The translations under genes were made by a program, and so were the position numbers. 64,000 bases of DNA from Actinophytocola sp. (GTDB taxonomy: Bacteria; Actinomycetota; Actinomycetes; Mycobacteriales; Pseudonocardiaceae): contig NZ_DASQCC010000100.1 of NCBI RefSeq assembly GCF_035634895.1, positions 333 to 64,332 of the forward strand. The letters run 5' to 3'. Below the pieces are notes generated by a model. The model was not told the DNA's origin. It saw nothing but the letters and a program-made list of their open reading frames with translations, and did no database searches. Shown here piece after piece: positions 46,562 to 55,048 of the stretch (the stretch's first letter is position 1; every line of letters starts with the position of its first letter).

Positions 46562-47308
46562 ATGTTTCACCTGTACGGCCCGGTCGACACGACCATCGAC
46601 GGTGTGCGGATCGGGCCGGACACCGAAAAGGAACGCCGGATGGTGGTGCCGCTCCTGCTGACCATCAGACGACCAGTGTCCTATCTGGAGCTGTCGGACT
46701 GGATGTGGGACGGCACGCCGGGGAGCGCACCGGACGACCTGGGCCGGTACATGGGTGAATTCCGCCTCCGGCTCACACGGCTGGGTCTCCGGGGCGCGCT
46801 GGTGAACCGCGACCGCGTGTGCCGCCTGAACGTGGACCCGGACCAGGTGGACCTGCACTGCCTGAGCACGCTGTTGACGGAGGTCGACCAGCTCGACGAC
46901 GTGACGGCGGCGGCCCGGCTGCGTGCGGTCCTGGCGCTGTGCGAGGGGGAGCCGCTGGAAGGGCTGTCGGGTCACCGGATCGACAGCTGCCGGCAGATGC
47001 TGCTGGAGGAGCGACGGCGCGCGGAAATGACGCTGATCCGCGTGGACTTCCGCCTCGGCCGGGCGACCCACCGGGTGCCGGACCTGATGCGGTTGTTCCA
47101 CGACCGACCGGAGGACACGACGGTCGCGACGCTGACGATGCAGGCACTCGCCAAGGCGGGCCGGCAGGCGGAGGCGCTGGGGGTGTACCGGCGGTGCTGC
47201 GAGCGGGTGGTCGAGCTGGGGATGAAGGTGCCGCCTCAGATGGCGGACCTGCACGGCCGCATCCTCCGCGACGAGCCGGCGGACCGGGAGCTGGAAACAC
47301 ACCGCTGA
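46562..47308 (+). CDS. SARP (AfsR/DnrI/RedD-like) transcriptional regulator, wHTH + BTAD
   Basis: ATG 46562 gives MFHLYGPVDTTIDGVRIG (the typical SARP start). The listed start 46523 adds 13 AT-rich codons. BTAD-like C-terminus (ALCEGEPLEGL, ALAKAGRQAEALGVYRRC). Confidence 0.8.
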   Translation: MFHLYGPVDTTIDGVRIGPDTEKERRMVVPLLLTIRRPVSYLELSDWMWDGTPGSAPDDLGRYMGEFRLRLTRLGLRGALVNRDRVCRLNVDPDQVDLHCLSTLLTEVDQLDDVTAAARLRAVLALCEGEPLEGLSGHRIDSCRQMLLEERRRAEMTLIRVDFRLGRATHRVPDLMRLFHDRPEDTTVATLTMQALAKAGRQAEALGVYRRCCERVVELGMKVPPQMADLHGRILRDEPADRELETHR

Positions 47309-47357
47309 CCTTGGGGGCCGGCCTTGCTGGGGGTAGGGCCGGCTCCCAGTCCCTCGC

Positions 47358-48008
47358 CTACCAGGCGGTGTCGAGGTTCGCGTGTTCGCGGATCCAGGCG
47401 TGCATGACGATGCCCGCCGCCACGCCCGCGTTGATCGAGCGGGTCGAGCCGAACTGGGCGATCGACACCACCTGTGTCGCCTGCTTGCGGGCGTCCTCCG
47501 TCAGGCCGGGGCCCTCCTGTCCGAAGACCAGCACGCACCGGCGCGGCAGCGAGACCGTCTCGATGCGAGACGCACCGGGTGTGTTGTCCACCGCGACCAC
47601 CGCCAGTCCCGAGACCGTCGCGAAGTCCAGCAGGGACGCCATGTCCGGGTGGTGCCGCACGTGCTGGTACCGGTCCGTCACCATCGCGCCCCTGCGGTTC
47701 CAGCGGCGGCGGCCGACGATGTGGACGGCCTGCGCGGCGAAGGCGTTGGCCGTCCGCACCACCGTGCCGATGTTATGGTCGTGCTGGAAGTTCTCGATCG
47801 CGACGTGGAACTCGTGCCGCCGGGTGTCCAGGTCGGCCACCACCGCGTCGCGGCGCCAGTAGCGGTAGGCGTCGACCACGTTGCGGCGGTCACCCTCCGC
47901 CAGCAGCACCGGGTCGTAGCGGTCGTCCGTCGGCCGCTCGCCCTCCCATGGGCCTACACCGACGGGCTCGCCGAACTCCCACTCGGTTGGACCGGGCTCC
48001 TCGGCCAC
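47358..48008 (-). CDS. TrmH/SpoU family RNA 2'-O-methyltransferase
   Basis: NIGTVVRTANAF, VFGQEGPGL and QFGSTRSINAGVAAGIVMH SPOUT motifs. GTG 48008 or GTG 48017. Confidence 0.85.
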   Translation of the reverse strand: MAEEPGPTEWEFGEPVGVGPWEGERPTDDRYDPVLLAEGDRRNVVDAYRYWRRDAVVADLDTRRHEFHVAIENFQHDHNIGTVVRTANAFAAQAVHIVGRRRWNRRGAMVTDRYQHVRHHPDMASLLDFATVSGLAVVAVDNTPGASRIETVSLPRRCVLVFGQEGPGLTEDARKQATQVVSIAQFGSTRSINAGVAAGIVMHAWIREHANLDTAW

Positions 48009-48343
48009 CGCTTCCACACTCCCACGTACGACGCGACCACGACCGCGACCGCCCCGGCGCCCACCACCGGCAGCAGTGCCCGCGGGATGATCTCGCCATA
48101 GATGTAGTACTCGTTGAAACCGCCTGGTAGCGGGCCCAGCCCCTGCATGCCGCGGAACCAGTTTTCCAGAGCCGTCAGCGGGCACTGGATCGGCGTCACG
48201 TTGACGATCACACCCCACGCGGCGAAGAACACGTGCACGAAAATCGCCCTGTGCCAACGCCAGGCCAGGAACCCCCCTAGGCCGATGTACAGCAGCGCGA
48301 TGAAGTGCACAACCACCGTGACGTCGGCCAATAACCACGCCAT
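47954..48343 (-). CDS. DUF2784 domain-containing membrane protein
   Basis: MAWLLADVTVVVHFIALLYIGLGG...CPLTALENWFR pattern, 129 aa. The 3' end overlaps the TrmH start region by ~55 nt. Confidence 0.7.
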   Translation of the reverse strand: MAWLLADVTVVVHFIALLYIGLGGFLAWRWHRAIFVHVFFAAWGVIVNVTPIQCPLTALENWFRGMQGLGPLPGGFNEYYIYGEIIPRALLPVVGAGAVAVVVASYVGVWKRWPRSPVQPSGSSASPSV

Positions 48344-48473
48344 ACCGCCAAGCTAACCGAAATCCCACCCCAGCGCCGTTGGGTTTGGTGGCGGTTGGAT
48401 ACCGATCAGCTGAGAGGCGTGACCTGGTCGAACGCCCTCACGAGCACGGGTGCCGCGTATCTTCCTGGTCAGC

Positions 48474-49028
48474 TCACAGACCGAGGTCGTCCTTGCTCAG
48501 CAGGTAACGGTACGGGAGCCCCCTGGCCTCGATGGCCTCGCGGGCGCCGGTGTCCCGGTCCACGACCGTCGCGACGCCGATCACCCGCGCGCCGGCCTCG
48601 GTCAGCGCGTCGACCGCCTTGAGCACGCTGCCACCGGTGGTGGACGTGTCCTCGACGGCGAGCACCGGCTGTCCGGCGACCTCGATGCCCTCGATCAGCC
48701 GCTGCATGCCGTGCGACTTGGTCTCCTTGCGGACGACGAACACGTCGAGCACCTCGCCGGCGGCCGCGGCCGCGTGCATCATCGCGCACGCCACGGGGTC
48801 GGCGCCGAGGGTGAGGCCGCCGGCCGCCACGTAGTCCCAGTCGGCGGTGAGCTGGCGGAGCAGCCGGCCGATCAACGGCGCCGCCGCGTGGTGGAGGGTG
48901 GCGCGGCGGAGGTCGACGTAGTAGTCGGCCTCCTTGCCGGACGCCAGCGTGACACGTCCGTGGACGACGGCGAGTTCGGTGATCAGGCGGGCTAGCTCGC
49001 CCTTCGCGGAGAGGTCAAGGGTGCGCAC
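48474..49028 (-). CDS. pyrE: orotate phosphoribosyltransferase
   Basis: GTG 49028 with a GAAGGTG RBS. LASGKEADYYVDLR and VLAVEDTSTTGGS (PRPP motif). Confidence 0.93.
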   Translation of the reverse strand: MRTLDLSAKGELARLITELAVVHGRVTLASGKEADYYVDLRRATLHHAAAPLIGRLLRQLTADWDYVAAGGLTLGADPVACAMMHAAAAAGEVLDVFVVRKETKSHGMQRLIEGIEVAGQPVLAVEDTSTTGGSVLKAVDALTEAGARVIGVATVVDRDTGAREAIEARGLPYRYLLSKDDLGL

Positions 49029-49094
49029 AGGTCCACACCTTCTCACATTCGACGGGCGGGATGAGGACAGCGGCTCCCCCGACGAGCCACCGGA

Positions 49095-49904
49095 TCATCC
49101 GAAGCCGCGGCTGTCCTGCTTGAGGGCGGTGTCCACGGTGAGCGCGGACGCGACGACCATGCTGGCGAGCGGGTCCTGCAGCTGCCGGTGGATCTGCACG
49201 ACGTAGTTGTCCGCCGTGGTGAACATGGTCTTCGCGAAGCCCTCCCAGGTCTTCGTGATGCGGGCGATCTCGGCGCCGGTGTGGTCGACGACCGCGAAGT
49301 TCCACGCGCGCCAGTTCTCGGCCTGGATGCCGCCGATCTGCTGGCCGCCCACCATGTACGAGAAGCGGATCTTGCCGATCATGTTGTCCTGCTGGATCTG
49401 GCCGATCTCCTGGCCGTCGGGTCGCTGCACGATCACCCGGGACTTGACCAGCTTCGCCGGCCGGGTCAGGTACAGCACCGGCTGGTGGTTGACGTCCCGC
49501 ACCTCGAGGCGGTGCGTCATGAACTGGTCCCAGCTGCTGAGGAACCGCACGGCCTTCTTGAGCGCGCTCTGGCCGATCTCGGCGACCGACCCGAGCTGGC
49601 GGCCGTTCTGGTCGAAGACCCCGTACTCGTTGGCCATCTCGATGAGCTTGACCTTCTGGTTGACGACGAGCACGGGCTCGGTGAACAGCGTCCCGCCGCC
49701 GTAGCCGACCTGCCCGACGCCGGCGCGCCGCGTCTGTTCCTTGACCTTGTCCGGCGTCGGTCCACTGCCGACCTGGACCTCCCACGCGCTCGCGTCGCTG
49801 CGCGGTTGCTGCTGCTGTGTGTGCTGGGTCCACTGCTGTCCGTCCCACCAACGGAGCATCGTGGAGCCGGGCTGTTCGGGGTACCACCCGGGTGGCTGTG
49901 TCAT
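49095..49904 (-). CDS. scramblase/LURP-one-related family protein with N-terminal DUF2510-like motif
   Basis: The N-terminus PPGWYPEQPGSTMLRWWDGQQWT is the DUF2510 pattern. The C-terminal ~190 aa are beta-rich and resemble the scramblase family. Family call from memory. Confidence 0.55.
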   Translation of the reverse strand: MTQPPGWYPEQPGSTMLRWWDGQQWTQHTQQQQPRSDASAWEVQVGSGPTPDKVKEQTRRAGVGQVGYGGGTLFTEPVLVVNQKVKLIEMANEYGVFDQNGRQLGSVAEIGQSALKKAVRFLSSWDQFMTHRLEVRDVNHQPVLYLTRPAKLVKSRVIVQRPDGQEIGQIQQDNMIGKIRFSYMVGGQQIGGIQAENWRAWNFAVVDHTGAEIARITKTWEGFAKTMFTTADNYVVQIHRQLQDPLASMVVASALTVDTALKQDSRGFG

Positions 49905-49973
49905 GCCGGTCAGCTTCGCACTTCGCAGGTCAGAGCGCAGCCGATGTCCGATAATTCAGGGTTCGCACCGTAC

Positions 49974-50753
49974 TCAGGTGCGGTCCCGGCCACTGGCGAC
50001 GCGTGCCTCCACGCGGCGCAACAGCCCGCGGGGCAGCAGTCGCGGCACGGTGGTGATGGCCTTGTACGCGAACCCGGGAACCGAGCGTGGCCGCCCGCGC
50101 CGCAGGTCACGCAGGCAGTCCGCGACCACGCGGTCGGCGTTGAGCCACAGCGCGTCGGGCAGCGCGGACATGTCGTCGCCGGCCCGGTCGTGGAACTCGG
50201 TCCTCGTGAACCCGGGGACCAGCGCGATGACCCGTACCCCCGTGCCGGCGAGGTTCGCCGCCATGCCCTCGGAGAACGTGGTCACCCAGGCCTTCGACGC
50301 CGCGTAGGTCGGGCCGGTGCCGGGGAAGAAGCCCGCGACGCTCGACACGTTCACGACGGCGCCGAAGCGGCGTTCGAGCATGCCCGGCAGCGCCGCCCTG
50401 GTGAGCCGCAGGACGGTGGTGACGTTGAGGTCCAGCTGTGCCTGCAGCAGGTCGATGTCGCTCGACGCGAACGCGCCGCGGGTGCCGAAGCCGGCGTTGT
50501 TGACCAGCAGGTCGACCGGGTGCTCCGCGTCGGCCAGCCGGTCCTCGACCCGCCTGCGGGCCCGCGCGGTGGACAGGTCCGCGGTCATCGGCGTGACCGT
50601 GACGCCGTGCCGGTCGGACAGCTCGGTCGCGGCCTCCTTCAGGCGCTCCCTGGTCCGGGCGACGATCACCAGGTCGTACCCCTCGGCGGCGAGCTTCCTG
50701 GCGAACGCGGCGCCTATTCCGGCCGTTGCTCCCGTGACGAGTGCGGTTGGCAT
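49974..50753 (-). CDS. SDR family oxidoreductase
   Basis: [21 protein letters not shown]. Confidence 0.9.
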   Translation of the reverse strand: MPTALVTGATAGIGAAFARKLAAEGYDLVIVARTRERLKEAATELSDRHGVTVTPMTADLSTARARRRVEDRLADAEHPVDLLVNNAGFGTRGAFASSDIDLLQAQLDLNVTTVLRLTRAALPGMLERRFGAVVNVSSVAGFFPGTGPTYAASKAWVTTFSEGMAANLAGTGVRVIALVPGFTRTEFHDRAGDDMSALPDALWLNADRVVADCLRDLRRGRPRSVPGFAYKAITTVPRLLPRGLLRRVEARVASGRDRT

Positions 50754-50810
50754 GTTGCCAACCTAGCGTCCCGCCGCCACGAATTTTCGGGTGCGGGTCG
50801 CGACCTGGCC

Positions 50811-51527
50811 CTAGTCCTGGCGTTCGCCGTGTCTGCCGGTCGGCCGCTCGGACTCGCCGACGGGGTCGATCTCGGCGTCGAAGGGATCGATCACGTCCGC
50901 GATCTCGCCGATGCCCCGCAGCAGCCGCTCCAGCCGGGACGGCGACGCGTGCGGTGCGACGCTCGCCAGCACCCAGCCGGCCTCGATCCACGCGACCGGG
51001 ATGTCCGCGCCGATCTCCTCGGTGGCGTCCACCAGGTCCGGCGTGATCAGGCCGCGCGCCGCGGAGATGTCGGAGACGAACGCGTACCGCTGGCCGACCG
51101 GACCGAGCAGCTCGGGCATGGTGTCCCGCTGGAACGGCGCGCTCGGCAGCCACAGCTCGATGGTCGCGGGATGCACCCGGCGGCACTGCACCGCCGTGAT
51201 CACCGTGGTGATCCGGCCGTTCGTCTCGAGGTCGAACACGTACACCTTGCGCCGGCCGTCCGCGGTGAACGTCGACCCGGCGACCGCGTCACGTGCCACC
51301 CCGCCGCCGTGGAACGCGATCGCACCGCCCTCCCACTGCGCGGGCAGCAGGTGGTCGGTGTCGGCGTACGCCCAGCCGCGCAGCGCGGCCCAGTGCCGGC
51401 GTTCCCTGTTTCGCGAGGTCAGGCGGGCGCGGTCACGCAGCAACAAGCCGGCGCCGGCCAGCCCGGCGACGATCGCCACGACGAACCACACCCATGCCGG
51501 TATGCCCACGCCGCACAGCGTAGTCAT
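50811..51527 (-). CDS. hypothetical membrane-anchored protein
   Basis: 238-aa ORF with an N-terminal TM (IPAWVWFVVAIVAGLAGAGLLL) and codon usage like its neighbours. No family recognised. Confidence 0.55.
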   Translation of the reverse strand: MTTLCGVGIPAWVWFVVAIVAGLAGAGLLLRDRARLTSRNRERRHWAALRGWAYADTDHLLPAQWEGGAIAFHGGGVARDAVAGSTFTADGRRKVYVFDLETNGRITTVITAVQCRRVHPATIELWLPSAPFQRDTMPELLGPVGQRYAFVSDISAARGLITPDLVDATEEIGADIPVAWIEAGWVLASVAPHASPSRLERLLRGIGEIADVIDPFDAEIDPVGESERPTGRHGERQD

Positions 51528-51630
51528 CGCGACGTCAGAGCGAAGATCACCGCCCCCGTGTCACCCGTTGTGGCGGACACTTGTGCCGTAGTCCTATAGT
51601 GCTAGTTAGCTAGATAAATGGAGGTGAATC

Positions 51631-52023
51631 TTGATCGAGTTCTTCCTGGACGCCAAGTCGGGCCTGTCGCCGTACCAGCAGCTCGTCCAGCAGGTCCGGC
51701 ATGCCCTGCGGCTCGGGCTGCTCAACGAGGGCGACCAGCTCCCGAAGGTGAAGGACGTGGTGGCGAGCCTCGCCATCAACCCGAACACCGTGCTGAAGGC
51801 CTACCGCGAGCTGGAGCACGACGGGCTCGTCGGCGCTCGGCCGGGAGTCGGGACGTTCGTGACCGCGACCCTCAACGGCGGCTCGTTCGCCGCCATCGGC
51901 CCGCTGCGGCAGGAGCTGCGGCGCTGGCTCACGAAGGCGCGCAAGGCCGGCCTCGACGAGGAGAGCATCGAGGCCCTGCTGATGTCCACGTTTCGCGACT
52001 CCACAAGAGAGGAAATAGCGTGA
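51631..52023 (+). CDS. GntR family (YtrA-like, short) transcriptional regulator
   Basis: TTG start after GGAGGTG. LPKVKDVVASLAINPNTVLKAYRELEHDGLV wHTH, 130 aa. The stop overlaps the next gene start. Confidence 0.85.
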   Translation: MIEFFLDAKSGLSPYQQLVQQVRHALRLGLLNEGDQLPKVKDVVASLAINPNTVLKAYRELEHDGLVGARPGVGTFVTATLNGGSFAAIGPLRQELRRWLTKARKAGLDEESIEALLMSTFRDSTREEIA

Positions 52024-52901
52024 CCGTCCTGCGTGCCCAGGGGCTGGGCAAGAAGTACAAGCGCAAATGGGCGTTGACGGACTGCACGCTCGAGATCGAG
52101 CCCGGGCACGTCACCGGGCTCGTCGGTCCCAACGGCGCCGGCAAGTCGACGCTGCTGAACATCGCGTCCGGCATGCTCGAGCCGAGCGCCGGCACGATCG
52201 AGGTGTGCGGCGGCGTGCCCGGCAGCGGTCCGGAGCAACTGGCCAAGGTCGGCTACGTCGCACAGAACACGCCGGTCTACGCGAGCCTGTCCATCGAGGA
52301 CCACCTGCGGCTCGGCGCGCACCTCAACCCGAACTGGGACGCCGCGCTCGCCACCGGGCGGATCGAGCGGCTCGGGCTGGATCCCAGGCAGCACGCCGGC
52401 AAGCTGTCCGGTGGCCAGCGTGCCCAGCTGGCACTCACGATGGGGATCGCCAAGCGGCCCGAGCTGCTGCTGCTCGACGAGCCGGTCGCCGCGCTGGACC
52501 CGCTCGCGCGCCGGGAGTTCCTGTCCGACCTCATGGCGGCGGTGGCCGAGGACGGGCTGTCCGTCGTGCTGTCCTCCCACCTGGTCAACGACCTCGAACG
52601 GGTCTGTGACCAGCTGATCGTGCTGGTGGACTCGCAGGTGCGGATCGCGGGTGACATCGAGGAGCTGATCGCCACGCACCACCGGCTGACCGGTCCCCGC
52701 CGCGACCTCGACACGCTGCCGTCGAACCAGCACGTCATCTCGGCGAAGCACACCGACCGGCAGACCACCGTGCTGGTCCGCACCGAGGCGCCGATCCTCG
52801 ACCCCGCCTGGACGGTCGCCCAGCTCAACCTGGAGGACGTCGTCCTCGAGTACATGAGCAACCCGGCCACCGTCCGTCCCGCCCTGGAGGTGCTCCGATG
52901 A
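52020..52901 (+). CDS. ABC transporter ATP-binding protein
   Basis: GTG 52020 (GTGA overlap with the GntR stop). Walker A GPNGAGKST, signature LSGGQRAQ, Walker B LLLLDEP. Confidence 0.93.
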   Translation: MTVLRAQGLGKKYKRKWALTDCTLEIEPGHVTGLVGPNGAGKSTLLNIASGMLEPSAGTIEVCGGVPGSGPEQLAKVGYVAQNTPVYASLSIEDHLRLGAHLNPNWDAALATGRIERLGLDPRQHAGKLSGGQRAQLALTMGIAKRPELLLLDEPVAALDPLARREFLSDLMAAVAEDGLSVVLSSHLVNDLERVCDQLIVLVDSQVRIAGDIEELIATHHRLTGPRRDLDTLPSNQHVISAKHTDRQTTVLVRTEAPILDPAWTVAQLNLEDVVLEYMSNPATVRPALEVLR

Positions 52902-53902
52902 CCTGGTTGACCTGGCGCCAGTTCCGCGTCCCCGCGGTGTCGGTGTTCGCGGGCCTGGCCGTGATCGGCGTGGTACTCGCGATCACCGGCCCCGACCTGG
53001 TCGGCAGGACGGACTTCTCCGACTCGGACTTCCTCTACAGCGCGACCATCCTCCTGATGTACCTGCTGCCGGCGGTCATCGGCGTGTTCTGGGGCGTGCC
53101 CATGATCACGCGCGAGCTGGAGACCGGCACGCACAGCCTGATCTGGAACCAGACCATCACCCGCGGCCGGTGGCTCGCGACCAAGCTCGGCGTCGGCGTG
53201 CTGGCCGGCATGGTGGCGTCCGGGCTGCTGAGCCTGGCGGTCACCTGGTGGGCGAGCCCCATCGACGCGCTGGCGAACCAGCAGACGGAACGGGGGATGC
53301 TGAACTGGTTGTCGCCGGTGGTGTTCTCCGCCCGCGGCATCGCGCCGATCGGCTACGCGGCGTTCGCGTTCGTCCTCGGCGTCGCGGTCGGGATGCTGCT
53401 GCGCCGCACCGTGCTCGCCATGGGCGTCACCCTTCTCGCCCTCGTCGGCGTGTTCCTGGCGGTCCCGTTCCTGGTTCGCCCGTACCTCCTGCCCCCGCTG
53501 GAACAGACGGTCGCGATCGAGAGCGACTCGATCCTGGGGGCGCACGGGGACAACACGGGCCTGGTCGAAGCGATCATCGTGCGCGAGCCGACCGGCGCCT
53601 GGGTGCTGGCCGACGAGACCGTGGACCCGGCGGGCAACGTGGTCACCCCGCTGCCCGACTTCGTACAGAACTGCATGCCGACACCGGGTCGCAACCCGCA
53701 GAACGCCCAGCCCGGCCCGCCGGAACCGGGAGACATGCGGGCGTGCCTCGCCAAGCTGGGCGAACGCGGTTACCACCAGCGGATCACCTACCAGCCCGGC
53801 TACCGCTTCTGGCCGCTGCAGTGGCTCGAGCTCGCCATCTACCTCGCGTTCTCCGCGCTGCTCACCTGGCTCTGCTTCCGGCGACTCCGCCACCTTTCCT
53901 GA
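52898..53902 (+). CDS. ABC-2 type transporter permease
   Basis: ATGA overlap with the ATPase gene. 334 aa with about 6 TM segments. Confidence 0.8.
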   Translation: MTWLTWRQFRVPAVSVFAGLAVIGVVLAITGPDLVGRTDFSDSDFLYSATILLMYLLPAVIGVFWGVPMITRELETGTHSLIWNQTITRGRWLATKLGVGVLAGMVASGLLSLAVTWWASPIDALANQQTERGMLNWLSPVVFSARGIAPIGYAAFAFVLGVAVGMLLRRTVLAMGVTLLALVGVFLAVPFLVRPYLLPPLEQTVAIESDSILGAHGDNTGLVEAIIVREPTGAWVLADETVDPAGNVVTPLPDFVQNCMPTPGRNPQNAQPGPPEPGDMRACLAKLGERGYHQRITYQPGYRFWPLQWLELAIYLAFSALLTWLCFRRLRHLS

Positions 53903-53920
53903 GATTCCACAGGGGGAATC

Positions 53921-55048
53921 ATGCGTGCTCTCGCGGTTGCCACCGCACTGACCGCCGCCGTCCTGACCGCCGCGCCCGCCGCCGCGGACACGACCGCGCC
54001 GTACCTACCCGTCCCGACCGGGCACCAGCCGGTCGGCGTCACCTCGCTCTGGCTGAAGGACACCTCCCGGCCCGACCCGTGGGTGCCGGCCGTGCCCTAC
54101 CGGGAGCTGATGGTCTCGGTCTTCTACCCGACGAACTCGGCCAACGGGCCGAAGAAGCAGTACATGACACCGAGGGAGTCGGAGCTGAACCTCGCGCGGC
54201 AGAACATCCCCGGCCTGCCGCTCGACGTCTTCAGCACGGTCCGGACGAACGCCGTCGTCGACGCGAGACCGGTCGGCCGGCCGCACAGCCTGCCGCTGGT
54301 GGTGCTCTCTCCCGGCTGGACCCAACCTCGCGCCACGCTCACCACCTGGGCCGAGGACCTGGCGAGCCACGGGTACGCCGTGGCGGTGATCGACCACACC
54401 TACGAGAACCGCGCCCAGACCTTCCCGGACGGCCACGTCACCGAGTGCGCCGCCTGCGCGTTCGACGACGACGAGGCCACGTTCTGGCCGAAGTTCTACG
54501 CGGTCCGGACCGCGGACACGTCGTTCGTGCTCGACGAGCTGCTCAGCCGGCATTCGAAGTGGCGCGGCGGCTCGCTCATCGACCCGTCACGGATCGGCAT
54601 GACCGGCCACTCCGCCGGTGGCGCGGAGACCACGCACGCGATGCTCGCCGACCCCCGGATCCGCGCCGGGGCCGACGTCGACGGTTCCCAGCACGTCACG
54701 CTGCCCGCCGCCGGGCTGTCCAGGCCGTTCATGTTCATGGGCAGCATGGACGAGTACGTCCCGGGTCAGATGGGTCCCTACGACGACTGGGAGACGGACT
54801 GGCAGCACCTGTACGGGTGGAAGCGCTGGATCATGGTGTCGGGCACGGCGCACGCGTCGTTCGGCGACCTCGGCCCGCTCGCCGCACAGCTGGGCGTCGA
54901 CATCGGCAACTCCATCGACGCGTTCCGCGCCGTCGACATCACCCGGGCCTATCTCAGGGCCTTCTTCGACCAGAACCTGCGTTGCCAGCACCAGCCCCTG
55001 ATGGCCGCACCGTCGCCGTCCTACCCGGAAGTGACCTTCATCGGATGA
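53921..55048 (+). CDS. secreted alpha/beta hydrolase, PAF-acetylhydrolase-like lipase
   Basis: Signal peptide (TAAPAAAD) and GMTGHSAGG nucleophile elbow. DHTYEN and SFVLDEL blocks are shared with the downstream paralog. Confidence 0.8.
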   Translation: MRALAVATALTAAVLTAAPAAADTTAPYLPVPTGHQPVGVTSLWLKDTSRPDPWVPAVPYRELMVSVFYPTNSANGPKKQYMTPRESELNLARQNIPGLPLDVFSTVRTNAVVDARPVGRPHSLPLVVLSPGWTQPRATLTTWAEDLASHGYAVAVIDHTYENRAQTFPDGHVTECAACAFDDDEATFWPKFYAVRTADTSFVLDELLSRHSKWRGGSLIDPSRIGMTGHSAGGAETTHAMLADPRIRAGADVDGSQHVTLPAAGLSRPFMFMGSMDEYVPGQMGPYDDWETDWQHLYGWKRWIMVSGTAHASFGDLGPLAAQLGVDIGNSIDAFRAVDITRAYLRAFFDQNLRCQHQPLMAAPSPSYPEVTFIG

